Assembly (NCBI GenBank): GCA_043827405.1
Contig: JBDRPD010000108.1
Coordinates: 57,617 to 121,616, forward strand
DNA length: 64,000 bases
Source of the DNA: Elusimicrobiota bacterium
Lineage (GTDB): Bacteria > Elusimicrobiota > Elusimicrobia > UBA1565
Direction of reading: 5' to 3'
Shown here piece by piece: positions 1-9,027 of the stretch (positions are counted from its first letter, which is position 1; each line of letters opens with the position of its first letter). The position numbers and the translations under genes are program-made. Below the pieces are notes generated by a model. It made no database searches, was not told the origin of the DNA, and was given only the letters and a program-made list of their open reading frames with translations.

Positions 1-821
1 GCGGCGAAATATTCGCGCGGCAGGCCGACGCGCAATCCTCCGATGCCGCCCGCGCTGGCGGCGGTGAAGTCCTCCGGAGCGCGCGCGGCGGAGGTCGAAT
101 CCGCCGGATCGTGTCCGGCGATAACGCTGAGGGCGAGAGCGGCGTCCTCGACCGTCCGTGCCAGCGGCCCGATCTGATCGAGCGAGGACGCGTATGCGAC
201 CAAGCCGTAACGCGAGACGGTTCCGTAGCTGGGCTTGAGCCCTACCGTGCCGCAGAAGGACGCCGGCTGACGGATCGAGCCGCCGGTATCCGAGCCGAGC
301 GCCAACGGGACCATGCGTGCAGCCACCGCGGCGGCCGAACCGCCGCTGGATCCCCCCGGAACGCGCTCCGGGTCCCAGGGGTTGCGCGTCGGCGGGAAGG
401 CGGAGTTTTCGGTGGATGAGCCCATGGCGAACTCGTCCATATTGGTCTTGCCCACGATGACCGCGCCCTCTTCCTTGATGCGGCGCACAACCGTTGCGTC
501 GTAAACCGCACGGTAGTTCTTGAGAAATTTCGAGCCGCAGGTCGCCGCCGCACCGCGCACCAGCATATTGTCCTTGACCGCCACGGGAACGCCGGCCAAG
601 CGGCCGGCCGTACCGCCGGCCGCGACCCTGCGGTCGACCGCGCGCGCAGCGGCAAGAGCATCTTCTTCGAGGACCTGCAAAAAAGCGCGAATCCCGGGGT
701 CCGCCGCGCGGATACGGCTCAGATGCGCGACCGCGACCGCTTCGGCTCGCAGCTCCCCGGCGTTGACGCGACGGGCGATTTCGCCGGCCGGCAGCTCGAG
801 GAGCTGTCTTTCATCCGTCAT
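1..821 (-). CDS. gatA: Glu-tRNA(Gln)/Asp-tRNA(Asn) amidotransferase subunit A, 3' part outside window
   Basis: Manual translation from ATG 821: [19 protein letters not shown]...GVPVAVKDN...[17 protein letters not shown]...[12 protein letters not shown]...[17 protein letters not shown] (amidase signature); gatC nearby. Not in the ORF track because it runs off the window. Confidence 0.95.
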   Translation of the reverse strand, partial: MTDERQLLELPAGEIARRVNAGELRAEAVAVAHLSRIRAADPGIRAFLQVLEEDALAAARAVDRRVAAGGTAGRLAGVPVAVKDNMLVRGAAATCGSKFLKNYRAVYDATVVRRIKEEGAVIVGKTNMDEFAMGSSTENSAFPPTRNPWDPERVPGGSSGGSAAAVAARMVPLALGSDTGGSIRQPASFCGTVGLKPSYGTVSRYGLVAYASSLDQIGPLARTVEDAALALSVIAGHDPADSTSAARAPEDFTAASAGGIGGLRVGLPREYFA

Positions 822-2041
822 TGGAGGAACAGCACATCGTCGGAGGCCTCGATATTGTCGAACGGCAGGCGGGAGGGCGGCGGCGCAAGCTCCTCATCGG
901 AAGGAAGCGGCTCCAACGGAACATCTTTGGTCTCAGCGGGCTCACGGGCCGCCCGCTTTTCCTTCTTTTTCTTCCGCGGAGGCGCGGCCTTCTCCTCCGG
1001 CTCTTGCGACGCCTCTTGAGCCGCCTCTTGAGACGGCTCCTCGTCCGCTCCCGCGTCCTCGCCGCTGAAGTCGGACGCCGCTTCCAGATTGTCTTCGGCG
1101 GCTTCCTGATCCGCGACAATCGCGTCGATCTGCCCCTGAATGCTTTCCGCTTTGGCGGGATTGAGGGCTTTGGCTTGGCGCAGATCTTCGATGGCGCCCT
1201 CCCGGTTGCCCAACTGGTTGCGCGCGACTCCCCGGTTGGCATAAGCCAGACCATGCATCGGCTTGAGCGCGATAACCCGGTTAAGGTCCTGCAGCGCCAG
1301 CTCATATTCCGCGAGCAGGAAGTAGGCGTTGCTGCGCAGATACAGCGCTTCATAATAGTCCGGGTGGTGCTTTAAAAATCGGGTAAAGTCGACTATCGCC
1401 TTCCGGTAATCTTTGAGTTCGCGGTAGGCCCGGCCGCGGTAGAAGTGCGCCCATTTGAAGCCGGGCGTCAGCTCGATGACGCGCGAGTAGTCGGCAGCCG
1501 CATACTTATGCTGTTTAAGCTTATCCTGAACCGTCCCGCGAACGATATAGACGACAGAGGCCTTGGGCGAGTACTTCAGCGCGAGATCGAGATTGGTCAG
1601 CGCCTTTTTGAGCTGGCCCTGTGAACTAAGCACGCTGCCCATGCCGAAATACGCCAGCGCGTATTTGGGATCGCTTTTGGCGGCCTTGACGAAATCCGCC
1701 CCCGCCCGCTCCAGGTCGCGCGTCACAAAACGGGCGAGTCCGCGCGCCGTGTACGTCTCAGCGCCGTTGGGACGCAGCTTGAGCGCGACGCGGGCGTCCC
1801 GGCGGGCGGAGACGATATCGCCCGTCGTCCACAGGCACATCGCGCGAAACGCCGACGCCGTCTTCCAGCCCGGCCGCTTATTGATCGCCTGGGTCAGCAG
1901 ATCGATCCCCTCATCAAACTGCGCCCGCTCATACGCTTCGATGCCTTCCCGCATCAGCCGCCTGGCCTCCGCGTTCGGCTCTCGGGGCTGGGCGGCGGCG
2001 GCGCAGGTACACGCCAATAGGACGACCGCGGCTGTTCTCAT
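818..2041 (-). CDS. Secreted TPR-repeat protein with acidic/low-complexity C-terminal tail
   Basis: Signal-peptide-like N-terminus; multiple TPR motifs (e.g. [44 protein letters not shown]); ATGA overlaps with gatC and gatA. Confidence 0.85.
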   Translation of the reverse strand: MRTAAVVLLACTCAAAAQPREPNAEARRLMREGIEAYERAQFDEGIDLLTQAINKRPGWKTASAFRAMCLWTTGDIVSARRDARVALKLRPNGAETYTARGLARFVTRDLERAGADFVKAAKSDPKYALAYFGMGSVLSSQGQLKKALTNLDLALKYSPKASVVYIVRGTVQDKLKQHKYAAADYSRVIELTPGFKWAHFYRGRAYRELKDYRKAIVDFTRFLKHHPDYYEALYLRSNAYFLLAEYELALQDLNRVIALKPMHGLAYANRGVARNQLGNREGAIEDLRQAKALNPAKAESIQGQIDAIVADQEAAEDNLEAASDFSGEDAGADEEPSQEAAQEASQEPEEKAAPPRKKKKEKRAAREPAETKDVPLEPLPSDEELAPPPSRLPFDNIEASDDVLFLQ

Positions 2042-2325
2042 TCGATCACCTTGGGCACTGTGAAATAATCCCCGTCGGACTGCGGCGCCGCCGCGAGCAG
2101 CTCCTTGCTCCCGGCGAACGGCCGCGGGACATCCTCCCGCAGCACATTTGTCAAAGCCGAAGAGTGCGCGGCCGGAGGGACTCCGTCGGTATTGATCCGC
2201 CGCAGCTCCTCCATGTGCTCGAGCACCCGTCCCAGCTGCTGCGCATAGCGGGAGAGCTCGCCCTCCGTGAGCCGCAGCCGGGCGAGATGCGCGACATGCG
2301 CCACTTCCTTTTCATCGATCTTCAT
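2038..2325 (-). CDS. gatC: Amidotransferase subunit C (alternative starts 2331/2337)
   Basis: EVAHVAHLARL...LREDVP...[18 protein letters not shown] is typical GatC. Confidence 0.93.
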   Translation of the reverse strand: MKIDEKEVAHVAHLARLRLTEGELSRYAQQLGRVLEHMEELRRINTDGVPPAAHSSALTNVLREDVPRPFAGSKELLAAAPQSDGDYFTVPKVIE

Positions 2326-2342
2326 AAACATCAACATCGGTA

Positions 2343-2412
2343 CCGGTTATTAACATTAACTTTTGTATATGTGGGAAAGAGGCTTAACCCAAAAGTTAAT
2401 GTTAATAACCGG
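2343..2412. repeat. Perfect 23-bp AT-rich inverted repeat with 24-nt spacer
   Basis: CCGGTTATTAACATTAACTTTTG (2343-2365) is the exact reverse complement of CAAAAGTTAATGTTAATAACCGG (2390-2412). Confidence 0.95.
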
Positions 2413-2431
2413 CACCCTCCTCGGTGTCCTC

Positions 2432-4573
2432 CTATACGGGCGTCAGCGGCGCGTAGCGTAAAAGCAGTTTTTTCGTCTTGCCGCTGTCGAAGACTACCGT
2501 TACCTTCAGACCCTCCCCGGATCCGCTCTTGTCCGCGATGCGGCCGAGGCCGAACTCTGGATGCCGAACGCGCTGGCCGCTGCAAACCCTGGTTTGGGCC
2601 AATGGCACGATCGGCGCGATATCTTCAACGGGCTCCGCATGATAGCCCGCCAATTCCGCCTCCAGAATAAAACGCGACGGCAAATTGGAGTATATCCGCC
2701 CGAACAAACGGCGCGTCGCCGCATGGGTCAGAAACAGCCGCTCCCGGGCGCGCGTCATCGCCACATGGCAGATGCGCCGCTCTTCCTCGAGCTCCTCCTC
2801 GGAAGCGTTGCCCGCGCCGATGGGAAACAGCCCCTCCTCAAGCCCGGTCACGAAAACGGACGGAAACTCCAGCCCTTTCGCCAGGTGGACGGTCATCAAG
2901 GTCACCGCCGGCGCGCGTTCGTCGTAGCCGTCCGCCCCGGACCGCAGCGCGACGTCCTCGAGAAAGCGCTCCAGCCGCGCGGGGGAGTCTTCCGTTCCCA
3001 TCTCTTCAAATTCCTTAACGGCGTTGACCAGCTCCTGGATATTGTTCATCCGGCTGGTCGCTTCCGGATCGGTTTCCGCCAGATTCTCCAGCCAGTCCCA
3101 GTAGCCGCTCCGATGCATCACGGACTGCAGCGTCTCGGTCGGCGCCTGCCGCGCCGCGTCCGCGGACAGGCCGTCAAGCAGATGCGCCAGCTCGCGCGCG
3201 CCGCGGCGCGCCGCGCCCGAGAGCTGGGGCACCAGGTCCGCCCGGCGCAGAGCGTCGCGCAGCGTGATGCCCGACTCGCGCGCGTACTGCGTGAGCCGCT
3301 CCTCCGCCGCTTTGCCGATGCCGCGCGCCGGCACGTTGAGGATGCGTGAGACCGAGATGCTGTCGCTGGAGTTGAGCGCCGCGCGAGCATAGGCGAGAAT
3401 GTCTTTGACTTCCCGGCGCTCAAAAAAGCGAACCGAACCGACGACGCGGTACGGCAGCCGCGCCAAGCTCAGGGCCTCCTCAAAGGAGCGGCTCTGCGCG
3501 TTGGTGCGGTAAAAAATGGCGATATCGGAGAGCGCCTCCCCCTCATCGGCCAAGCCGATGATGCGGCGCACGATGCCCCGCGCCTCCTCGCGCTCGTCGG
3601 CGTACTCCACCGTGGTCACCGCTTCCCCCGCCCCCTTCTCGGTCCACAGGGTCTTGCGCACCCGCTTCTTGTTGTAGTTGATGACGGCGGTAGCGGCCTC
3701 GAGGATATTGGACGTGGACCGGTAGTTCTGCTCAAGCTTCACGGACTTGGCGTCCTCGAAATCCGACTCGAACTCGAGGATGTTGCGGATCGTCGCGCCC
3801 CGCCACTGGTAGATCGACTGGTCCGGATCCCCCACCACGCACAGGTTGCGGTGCTGCGCCGCCAGCGTCTTGGTGATCAGATACTGCGCGTAGTTCGTAT
3901 CCTGGTATTCGTCGATGAGGATATGGGCAAAGAGCTTCTGATAATAATCCCGCGCGCTTGCGCTCTCGCGCAGGAGCTGGGAAAGCCTGAGCAGCAGGTC
4001 GCCGAAATCAAGGCTGCCGGAAGCGTCCAGCCGGCGCTGATACAGCTCGTAAACCTTCGCGACGTTCTGGCGAAAAACGTCTCGCTGCGCCATCGCATGG
4101 ATCGCATAGGAGCCCGCGTCGAGCAGGTCGTCCTTGGCCCGGGAGATCACCGACACGTAAAGCCGGGCCTTGTTCGTCTCGTTATCGAGCCCCAGTTCCT
4201 TGAGGCACTGCACGACGAGGCGCTTCTGATCGTCGGCGTCTAAAACGGTGAAGTGCGGCGTCAGCTTGAGCTCCGCCGCATGCCGGCGCAGCACCCGCAC
4301 GGCGAAGGCATGAAAGGTGAACACCCAGACCCGCGACGCCTGGCCCGGCACCAGCGCATCGATCCGCCGGCGCATCTCCGCCGCCGCCTTATTGGTGAAG
4401 GTCAGCGCCAGGATGCGCGCAGGTGAGACCTCCTCGGCGATTAGCGAGGCGATGCGGTAAACGATGACGCGCGTTTTACCCGTGCCCGCGCCCGCGAGCA
4501 CCAGCAGCGGACCGGCGCGATAAAGCGCGGCTTCCTTCTGCGGCGGGTTCAGTTCACACAGGTCGACGGACAT
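2432..4573 (-). CDS. pcrA: ATP-dependent SF1 DNA helicase PcrA/UvrD
   Basis: LAGAGTGKT, TFTNKAA, IDEYQDTN, VVGDPDQSIY, LEQNYRST, KGLEF, EEERR..HVAMTRA; C-terminal Tudor-like RVRHPEFGLG. Confidence 0.95.
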   Translation of the reverse strand: MSVDLCELNPPQKEAALYRAGPLLVLAGAGTGKTRVIVYRIASLIAEEVSPARILALTFTNKAAAEMRRRIDALVPGQASRVWVFTFHAFAVRVLRRHAAELKLTPHFTVLDADDQKRLVVQCLKELGLDNETNKARLYVSVISRAKDDLLDAGSYAIHAMAQRDVFRQNVAKVYELYQRRLDASGSLDFGDLLLRLSQLLRESASARDYYQKLFAHILIDEYQDTNYAQYLITKTLAAQHRNLCVVGDPDQSIYQWRGATIRNILEFESDFEDAKSVKLEQNYRSTSNILEAATAVINYNKKRVRKTLWTEKGAGEAVTTVEYADEREEARGIVRRIIGLADEGEALSDIAIFYRTNAQSRSFEEALSLARLPYRVVGSVRFFERREVKDILAYARAALNSSDSISVSRILNVPARGIGKAAEERLTQYARESGITLRDALRRADLVPQLSGAARRGARELAHLLDGLSADAARQAPTETLQSVMHRSGYWDWLENLAETDPEATSRMNNIQELVNAVKEFEEMGTEDSPARLERFLEDVALRSGADGYDERAPAVTLMTVHLAKGLEFPSVFVTGLEEGLFPIGAGNASEEELEEERRICHVAMTRARERLFLTHAATRRLFGRIYSNLPSRFILEAELAGYHAEPVEDIAPIVPLAQTRVCSGQRVRHPEFGLGRIADKSGSGEGLKVTVVFDSGKTKKLLLRYAPLTPV

Positions 4574-4620
4574 ACCCAGACATTTTAACCTATGAGGGAG
4601 GCGGGGGGAACAGATTTAGC

Positions 4621-5250
4621 TTACTTCTTCCCGCCGAACAAGCCGCCGATGAAGTGGCCGAGCAGACCGCCGACCACGGCGCCGATCAAGCCGCCGATCG
4701 GTCCGCCGAGCGCGGTGCCGATGATGGCGCCGCCCACGATGCCGAACGATGCGCCATAATCGCCCTTTTTGTAGAAGTGCGCTCCCGCCAGCGCCATCCC
4801 GGCTCCCGCCAGCGCGCCGAGAGGGCCGCCGGTGAAAAATCCCTGCAGGCCGCCGAGCAGCGCCGCCCCGCCGTAATGCGCCCAGTCCGGGAGATTCGAC
4901 AGCATGCCGCCTTCCTTCTTCCCGCCCGGCGGCGATGGCACGCTGTCCGCATCCTTATTGGCGTCGGCCTGCGCCACCGTGAAGTTTCCCGACGCGCCGC
5001 GCAGACCGCTGCCGTTGACGGCATGCGCGGCGTTGACAACGCCGCCGCTGCCGTTTCCGTCCATGACCCGGCCGGCCAGCGCATGCGAGGTCTCGTTGGA
5101 ATGCGCCCCGGCCGCATAGCCGACATCGCCCGCCATCTCCTTGACCTTGCCGTAGGTGGGCGAAGCGCCGAATTCGACCGCGGCCTCCGCCGAGAAAGCG
5201 CAGGCGGTCAAAATCCCGCTTAAGATAACGGTGGACACGAATTGCTTCAT
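4621..5250 (-). CDS. Secreted glycine-zipper protein
   Basis: Signal peptide; C-terminal half made of two hydrophobic GxxxG-rich hairpins (GGPLGALAGAGMALAG; GGPIGGLIGAVVGGLLG). Confidence 0.75.
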   Translation of the reverse strand: MKQFVSTVILSGILTACAFSAEAAVEFGASPTYGKVKEMAGDVGYAAGAHSNETSHALAGRVMDGNGSGGVVNAAHAVNGSGLRGASGNFTVAQADANKDADSVPSPPGGKKEGGMLSNLPDWAHYGGAALLGGLQGFFTGGPLGALAGAGMALAGAHFYKKGDYGASFGIVGGAIIGTALGGPIGGLIGAVVGGLLGHFIGGLFGGKK

Positions 5251-5328
5251 AGCCTATCATTAGGATACCGGCCGTTCCGCCGCGGCGTAAGAGCAGGGCG
5301 GCCCCCTATTTTCTGGGACCAAAGGCCT

Positions 5329-6735
5329 ATGCGCAGCACTTTCATACTTGCCGCCGCACTGCTCACCGCCGCCGCGTTGGGCGCCTTCGCTGAACCCGGC
5401 GCCACCTACGACGACGCCCCCGGAGAAACCGCGGCGCAAAAACCCGGCCTGTCGCCCGAAGGCGAAAAGAAGGTCCAGGAAATACGTGAACGCATCGCCC
5501 GGGGCGAGCGCGTCGATGTAAAGCAGGCGTTCTCGGGGCTCATGGAAACGGAACTCAGGAATGCCTGGCCCCTGATCGACCAGCTGGCACGAGAACTAAG
5601 CAGCAACGGCAACGCCGATCTCACCCAGGCGCGAATGGGAATGTGGCGGCAGTATATCGACAAATACAACGACATGCCGGAAGGTCATATCGGACTGGGA
5701 GAAAGCAGCGCCGACAGCGAAGACTATGAGGGGGCGGTGCTGTCGTTTTCCCGGGCGATCGAGCTTGGAGCGCTGCGGCCGGACCTGTTCTACAAGCGGG
5801 GGCTCGCCGCGGACCGCATCGGAGACTATGAGCTCGCGCACCGCGACGCGGCGATGACGCTGAAAATGGAGCCGGACGATCAGAAAGCCTTATCGCTCTT
5901 CAAGCTCACGCGCGACCGTCCCTCCAAGACCTATATCGACCTGCAGACGGGACGGCTCCTCGCCGCCGCCGCCGCCGTCGCGCCGCAAAGAGGCGGCGCC
6001 TCCGCCGCAGCCGCGCGCATACCCGGAGACAAAACCGCCGCTATCCCGGCGGAGACCGACCCCGTCATGCGGTCCACGCACCGGACGCGCGACGCACAGC
6101 ACTACCTGCAGCTGGGCAACGCGGCGGCGGCGGCCGCGGCGGCGAAAAACGCCATCGAGCTTAACCCGCGAAACGCCCAGGCGCACAATCTGCTGGCCAC
6201 CGCCGAAGAGCGCGCGGGCGATCATAAGGCCGCGATCAAAAACGCCACGCGGGCTCTCGAGCTGCAGCCCGGCAGCGTCCCGGCGCTGAATACGCGCGCC
6301 TGGTCCAAAAGCGGCCTCGGCCATTTCGCGGCGGCGCTTGACGATGCCCGCGGGATATTGACCGCTGATCCCTACAACGCTTTCGGCCATGTAAACAAAG
6401 CGCGCGCGCTCGGCGGGCTTGGCCGGCGTTCGGAAATGATGGAGGCCCTGAGCCGCGCGGCCCAGTTCGACGAACGCTTTACCGGCCTACGGGACCAGGC
6501 GCTCCAGCTCACCTCGGACGCGGACACCGAGCTGCTGTTCGCAGGGCTGTTCGGCGGCGCGACCTCCGCCGCGGCGGCGCCCCCGCGGCCGGGACGCCGC
6601 AAGCGGTTTCTGCTGCTGATTATCTCCTGCATGCTGGGCGGCCTGCTGGTGGCGGCGGGAGTACTGCACATCTTCGCGCCCGGGCGCAACGAAGCAGAGG
6701 GGCGCAAGCGCTCGACTCGACGCGGCCAGCGCTGA
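5329..6735 (+). CDS. TPR-repeat membrane protein (signal peptide, TPRs, C-terminal TM, short basic tail)
   Basis: MRSTFILAAALL signal at ATG 5329; TPR motifs (AHNLLATAEERAGDHKAAIKNA); TM FLLLIISCMLGGLLVAAGVLHIF. Confidence 0.8.
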   Translation: MRSTFILAAALLTAAALGAFAEPGATYDDAPGETAAQKPGLSPEGEKKVQEIRERIARGERVDVKQAFSGLMETELRNAWPLIDQLARELSSNGNADLTQARMGMWRQYIDKYNDMPEGHIGLGESSADSEDYEGAVLSFSRAIELGALRPDLFYKRGLAADRIGDYELAHRDAAMTLKMEPDDQKALSLFKLTRDRPSKTYIDLQTGRLLAAAAAVAPQRGGASAAAARIPGDKTAAIPAETDPVMRSTHRTRDAQHYLQLGNAAAAAAAAKNAIELNPRNAQAHNLLATAEERAGDHKAAIKNATRALELQPGSVPALNTRAWSKSGLGHFAAALDDARGILTADPYNAFGHVNKARALGGLGRRSEMMEALSRAAQFDERFTGLRDQALQLTSDADTELLFAGLFGGATSAAAAPPRPGRRKRFLLLIISCMLGGLLVAAGVLHIFAPGRNEAEGRKRSTRRGQR

Positions 6736-6753
6736 GCTCGCAAGCGTTTAGTA

Positions 6754-7959
6754 TTACGAGAAAACGCTTCTCAGGAGGGCGACTGATTCCAGGTGGTCGG
6801 TATGCGGGAAGAGATCGATGCCTTCGATTTTGTGGATATCGTAGATATCCGTCAGGTTGCGGATGTCCTCGATCATCGCCTTCGGATTGCAGGAAACATA
6901 CACGATCCATGGCGGAGCCATTTCTTTTATCGCCGCCCGCACCTTGGGATGAATGCCTGAGCGGGGAGGGTCGATGACGATCCCGTCCACCTCGATCTTC
7001 TGCGCGGCAAGCCCCGGCAGCACATCCTCCGCCTTGGCCGCCACAAAATCAACATTCTCTACTTTGTTGACTCCCGCATTGTGGCGGGCGTCCTCAACGG
7101 CGGCCTCGATAACCTCGATACCCATGACGCGGCCGCACTGCTCGGCGATGGAAAGGCTGATGCCGCCGCCGCCGCAGTACAGATCAAGGACATTGCCGGG
7201 CTTGAGCGGCTCGATCCATTCGCGCAGCAGGCGGTAGAGAAATTCGGCGCCGTGCGTATTCGTCTGGAAAAATGAGTACGGCGAGATACGGAAGGTTTTA
7301 CCCAGCGCCTGTTCATGGATATGCCCGGGGCCGAACAGCAGCTCGACAGCCGAAGATGAAGCCACGTCGCCCTTGCCGGTATTAACCCCATGCAGTATAG
7401 TGGCCGCCGGATAGGCGCCGCGCACCGCCCGCACGAAGCTCTCCGCCGGCAGCGCCCCCTCGCCCGTCAGCAGGTTCACCATGCGCTCGCCCGTATTCCT
7501 GCCCTCACGGACGACAAGATGGCGCAGGAAGCCGACCTGCTTGTGGATATTGTAGGGCTCCAAACCCTCTTTGCTCGCCCAGGCATGGACCGCGTCGAGC
7601 AGCGGGATCACCTCCGGCGAAAGCAGGAAGCACTCCCGCAGGTTCATGACTTTATCCCACCGGTTGCGGCGCTTGAGCCCCAGCAGGATGGGGTCCTCGC
7701 CCTCGGCGGGCGCGGGAAATACATCCTGAAAAGCGAACTCCATCTTGTTGCGGTAGTACCAGTGCTCGGGAGAGGGGTGCACGAGCACCTTGACCTGCCA
7801 GCCGACTCGGGCCGCGAGCATGCTCAGGTATTCGCTCTTCTGCTCAACCTGATCTGCGTAGGCATACTCCTGCAGACGGCAGCCGCCGCATTCGCCGAAA
7901 TGGCGACAGCGCGGCTCGGCGGTTGCTTTCTCAGCTGGAGAATTTAAAGTTGCAGACAT
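6754..7959 (-). CDS. rlmD: 23S rRNA (uracil-C5)-methyltransferase RlmD family, no TRAM domain
   Basis: CRHFGECGGC Fe-S motif, YRNKMEF, SFFQTN, LDLYCGGG, DPPRSG, YVSCNP, DLFPHT. Confidence 0.9.
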   Translation of the reverse strand: MSATLNSPAEKATAEPRCRHFGECGGCRLQEYAYADQVEQKSEYLSMLAARVGWQVKVLVHPSPEHWYYRNKMEFAFQDVFPAPAEGEDPILLGLKRRNRWDKVMNLRECFLLSPEVIPLLDAVHAWASKEGLEPYNIHKQVGFLRHLVVREGRNTGERMVNLLTGEGALPAESFVRAVRGAYPAATILHGVNTGKGDVASSSAVELLFGPGHIHEQALGKTFRISPYSFFQTNTHGAEFLYRLLREWIEPLKPGNVLDLYCGGGGISLSIAEQCGRVMGIEVIEAAVEDARHNAGVNKVENVDFVAAKAEDVLPGLAAQKIEVDGIVIDPPRSGIHPKVRAAIKEMAPPWIVYVSCNPKAMIEDIRNLTDIYDIHKIEGIDLFPHTDHLESVALLRSVFS

Positions 7960-9001
7960 CACCGTCACGGACAATATAATCTTTGCCTTCAGAGCGGATC
8001 AAGCCTTTTGCGCGCAGCGCGGCTTCCGCTCCGTGCTTATCGAGGTCGCTAAAGGCGTAGACGTCGGCGCGAATAAAGCCTTTTTCGAAATCGGTATGGA
8101 TAACCCCGGCCGCCTGCGGGCTGCGCATGCCCGCACGGATCGTCCACGCCCGCACCTCATCCGACAGGTGAGTGAAGTAGCTTTCCAATCCCAGCAGCCG
8201 GTAGGCGCTCTCGATCACGCGCTCGAGGCCCATCCTCTCAAGGCCGAGCTCGGACAGAAAAGCGCCGCGATCCTCCGGCGGAAGCTCCGCGATTTCCGCT
8301 TCGATCTTGCCGCACAGCGTCAGGCTGGCCGCCTCGCGCTCCACCGCCAAAGCCGCAAGCTCGCCGACGGCGTCCGCCTCCGGCGTCTCACCGGTATTGC
8401 CGACGAAGAGTACCGGCTTGGCCGTCAGCAGGAACAAATCCTTGATCTCGCCGAGAGGGATATCGAGCGCGCGGGCCGGGCGTCCCGCGTTGAGACCGGA
8501 CCGCAGCGTTTCCAGCAGCGCGAGCTCCGCTTTCGCGGCCTTGTCGCCCGAGCGCGCCTTGCCCTCGGCTTTTTCGCACCGCCGCTCCACCCCGGCCAAA
8601 TCGGCCAGGATCAGCTCGGTTTCGACGATCTCCACATCACGCCGCGGATCGACATCCCCCAGCGTGTGCACGACGTCTTCGTCTTTAAACAAGCGCACGA
8701 GATGCAGCACCGCGTCGACCTCGCGGATATTGGCGAGAAACTGATTGCCGAGCCCCTCCCCTTTGGACGCGCCCTTGACCAGACCCGCGATATCGACGAA
8801 ACGCACCGTCGCCGGCGTCGTCTTCTTGGGCTGAAAGATCTCGGACAGGCGCTGGAGCCGCGCGTCCGGCACGGACACCACTCCGATATTGGGCTCGATG
8901 GTGGTGAAAGGATAATTGGAACTGGGAGCGTTGGCGGCGGTCAGGGCGTTAAAGAGCGTGGACTTTCCGACGTTCGGCAGGCCGACGATTCCGATCTCCA
9001 T
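7931..9001 (-). CDS. ychF: Redox-regulated ATPase YchF
   Basis: GIVGLPNVGKSTLFNALT, NYPFTTIEPN, DIAGLVKGASKGEGLGNQFL, AAGVIHTDFEKGFIRA. Confidence 0.97.
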   Translation of the reverse strand: MEIGIVGLPNVGKSTLFNALTAANAPSSNYPFTTIEPNIGVVSVPDARLQRLSEIFQPKKTTPATVRFVDIAGLVKGASKGEGLGNQFLANIREVDAVLHLVRLFKDEDVVHTLGDVDPRRDVEIVETELILADLAGVERRCEKAEGKARSGDKAAKAELALLETLRSGLNAGRPARALDIPLGEIKDLFLLTAKPVLFVGNTGETPEADAVGELAALAVEREAASLTLCGKIEAEIAELPPEDRGAFLSELGLERMGLERVIESAYRLLGLESYFTHLSDEVRAWTIRAGMRSPQAAGVIHTDFEKGFIRADVYAFSDLDKHGAEAALRAKGLIRSEGKDYIVRDGDVCNFKFSS

Positions 9002-9027
9002 CGGGTGGGATGATACCAAAAACGCGG

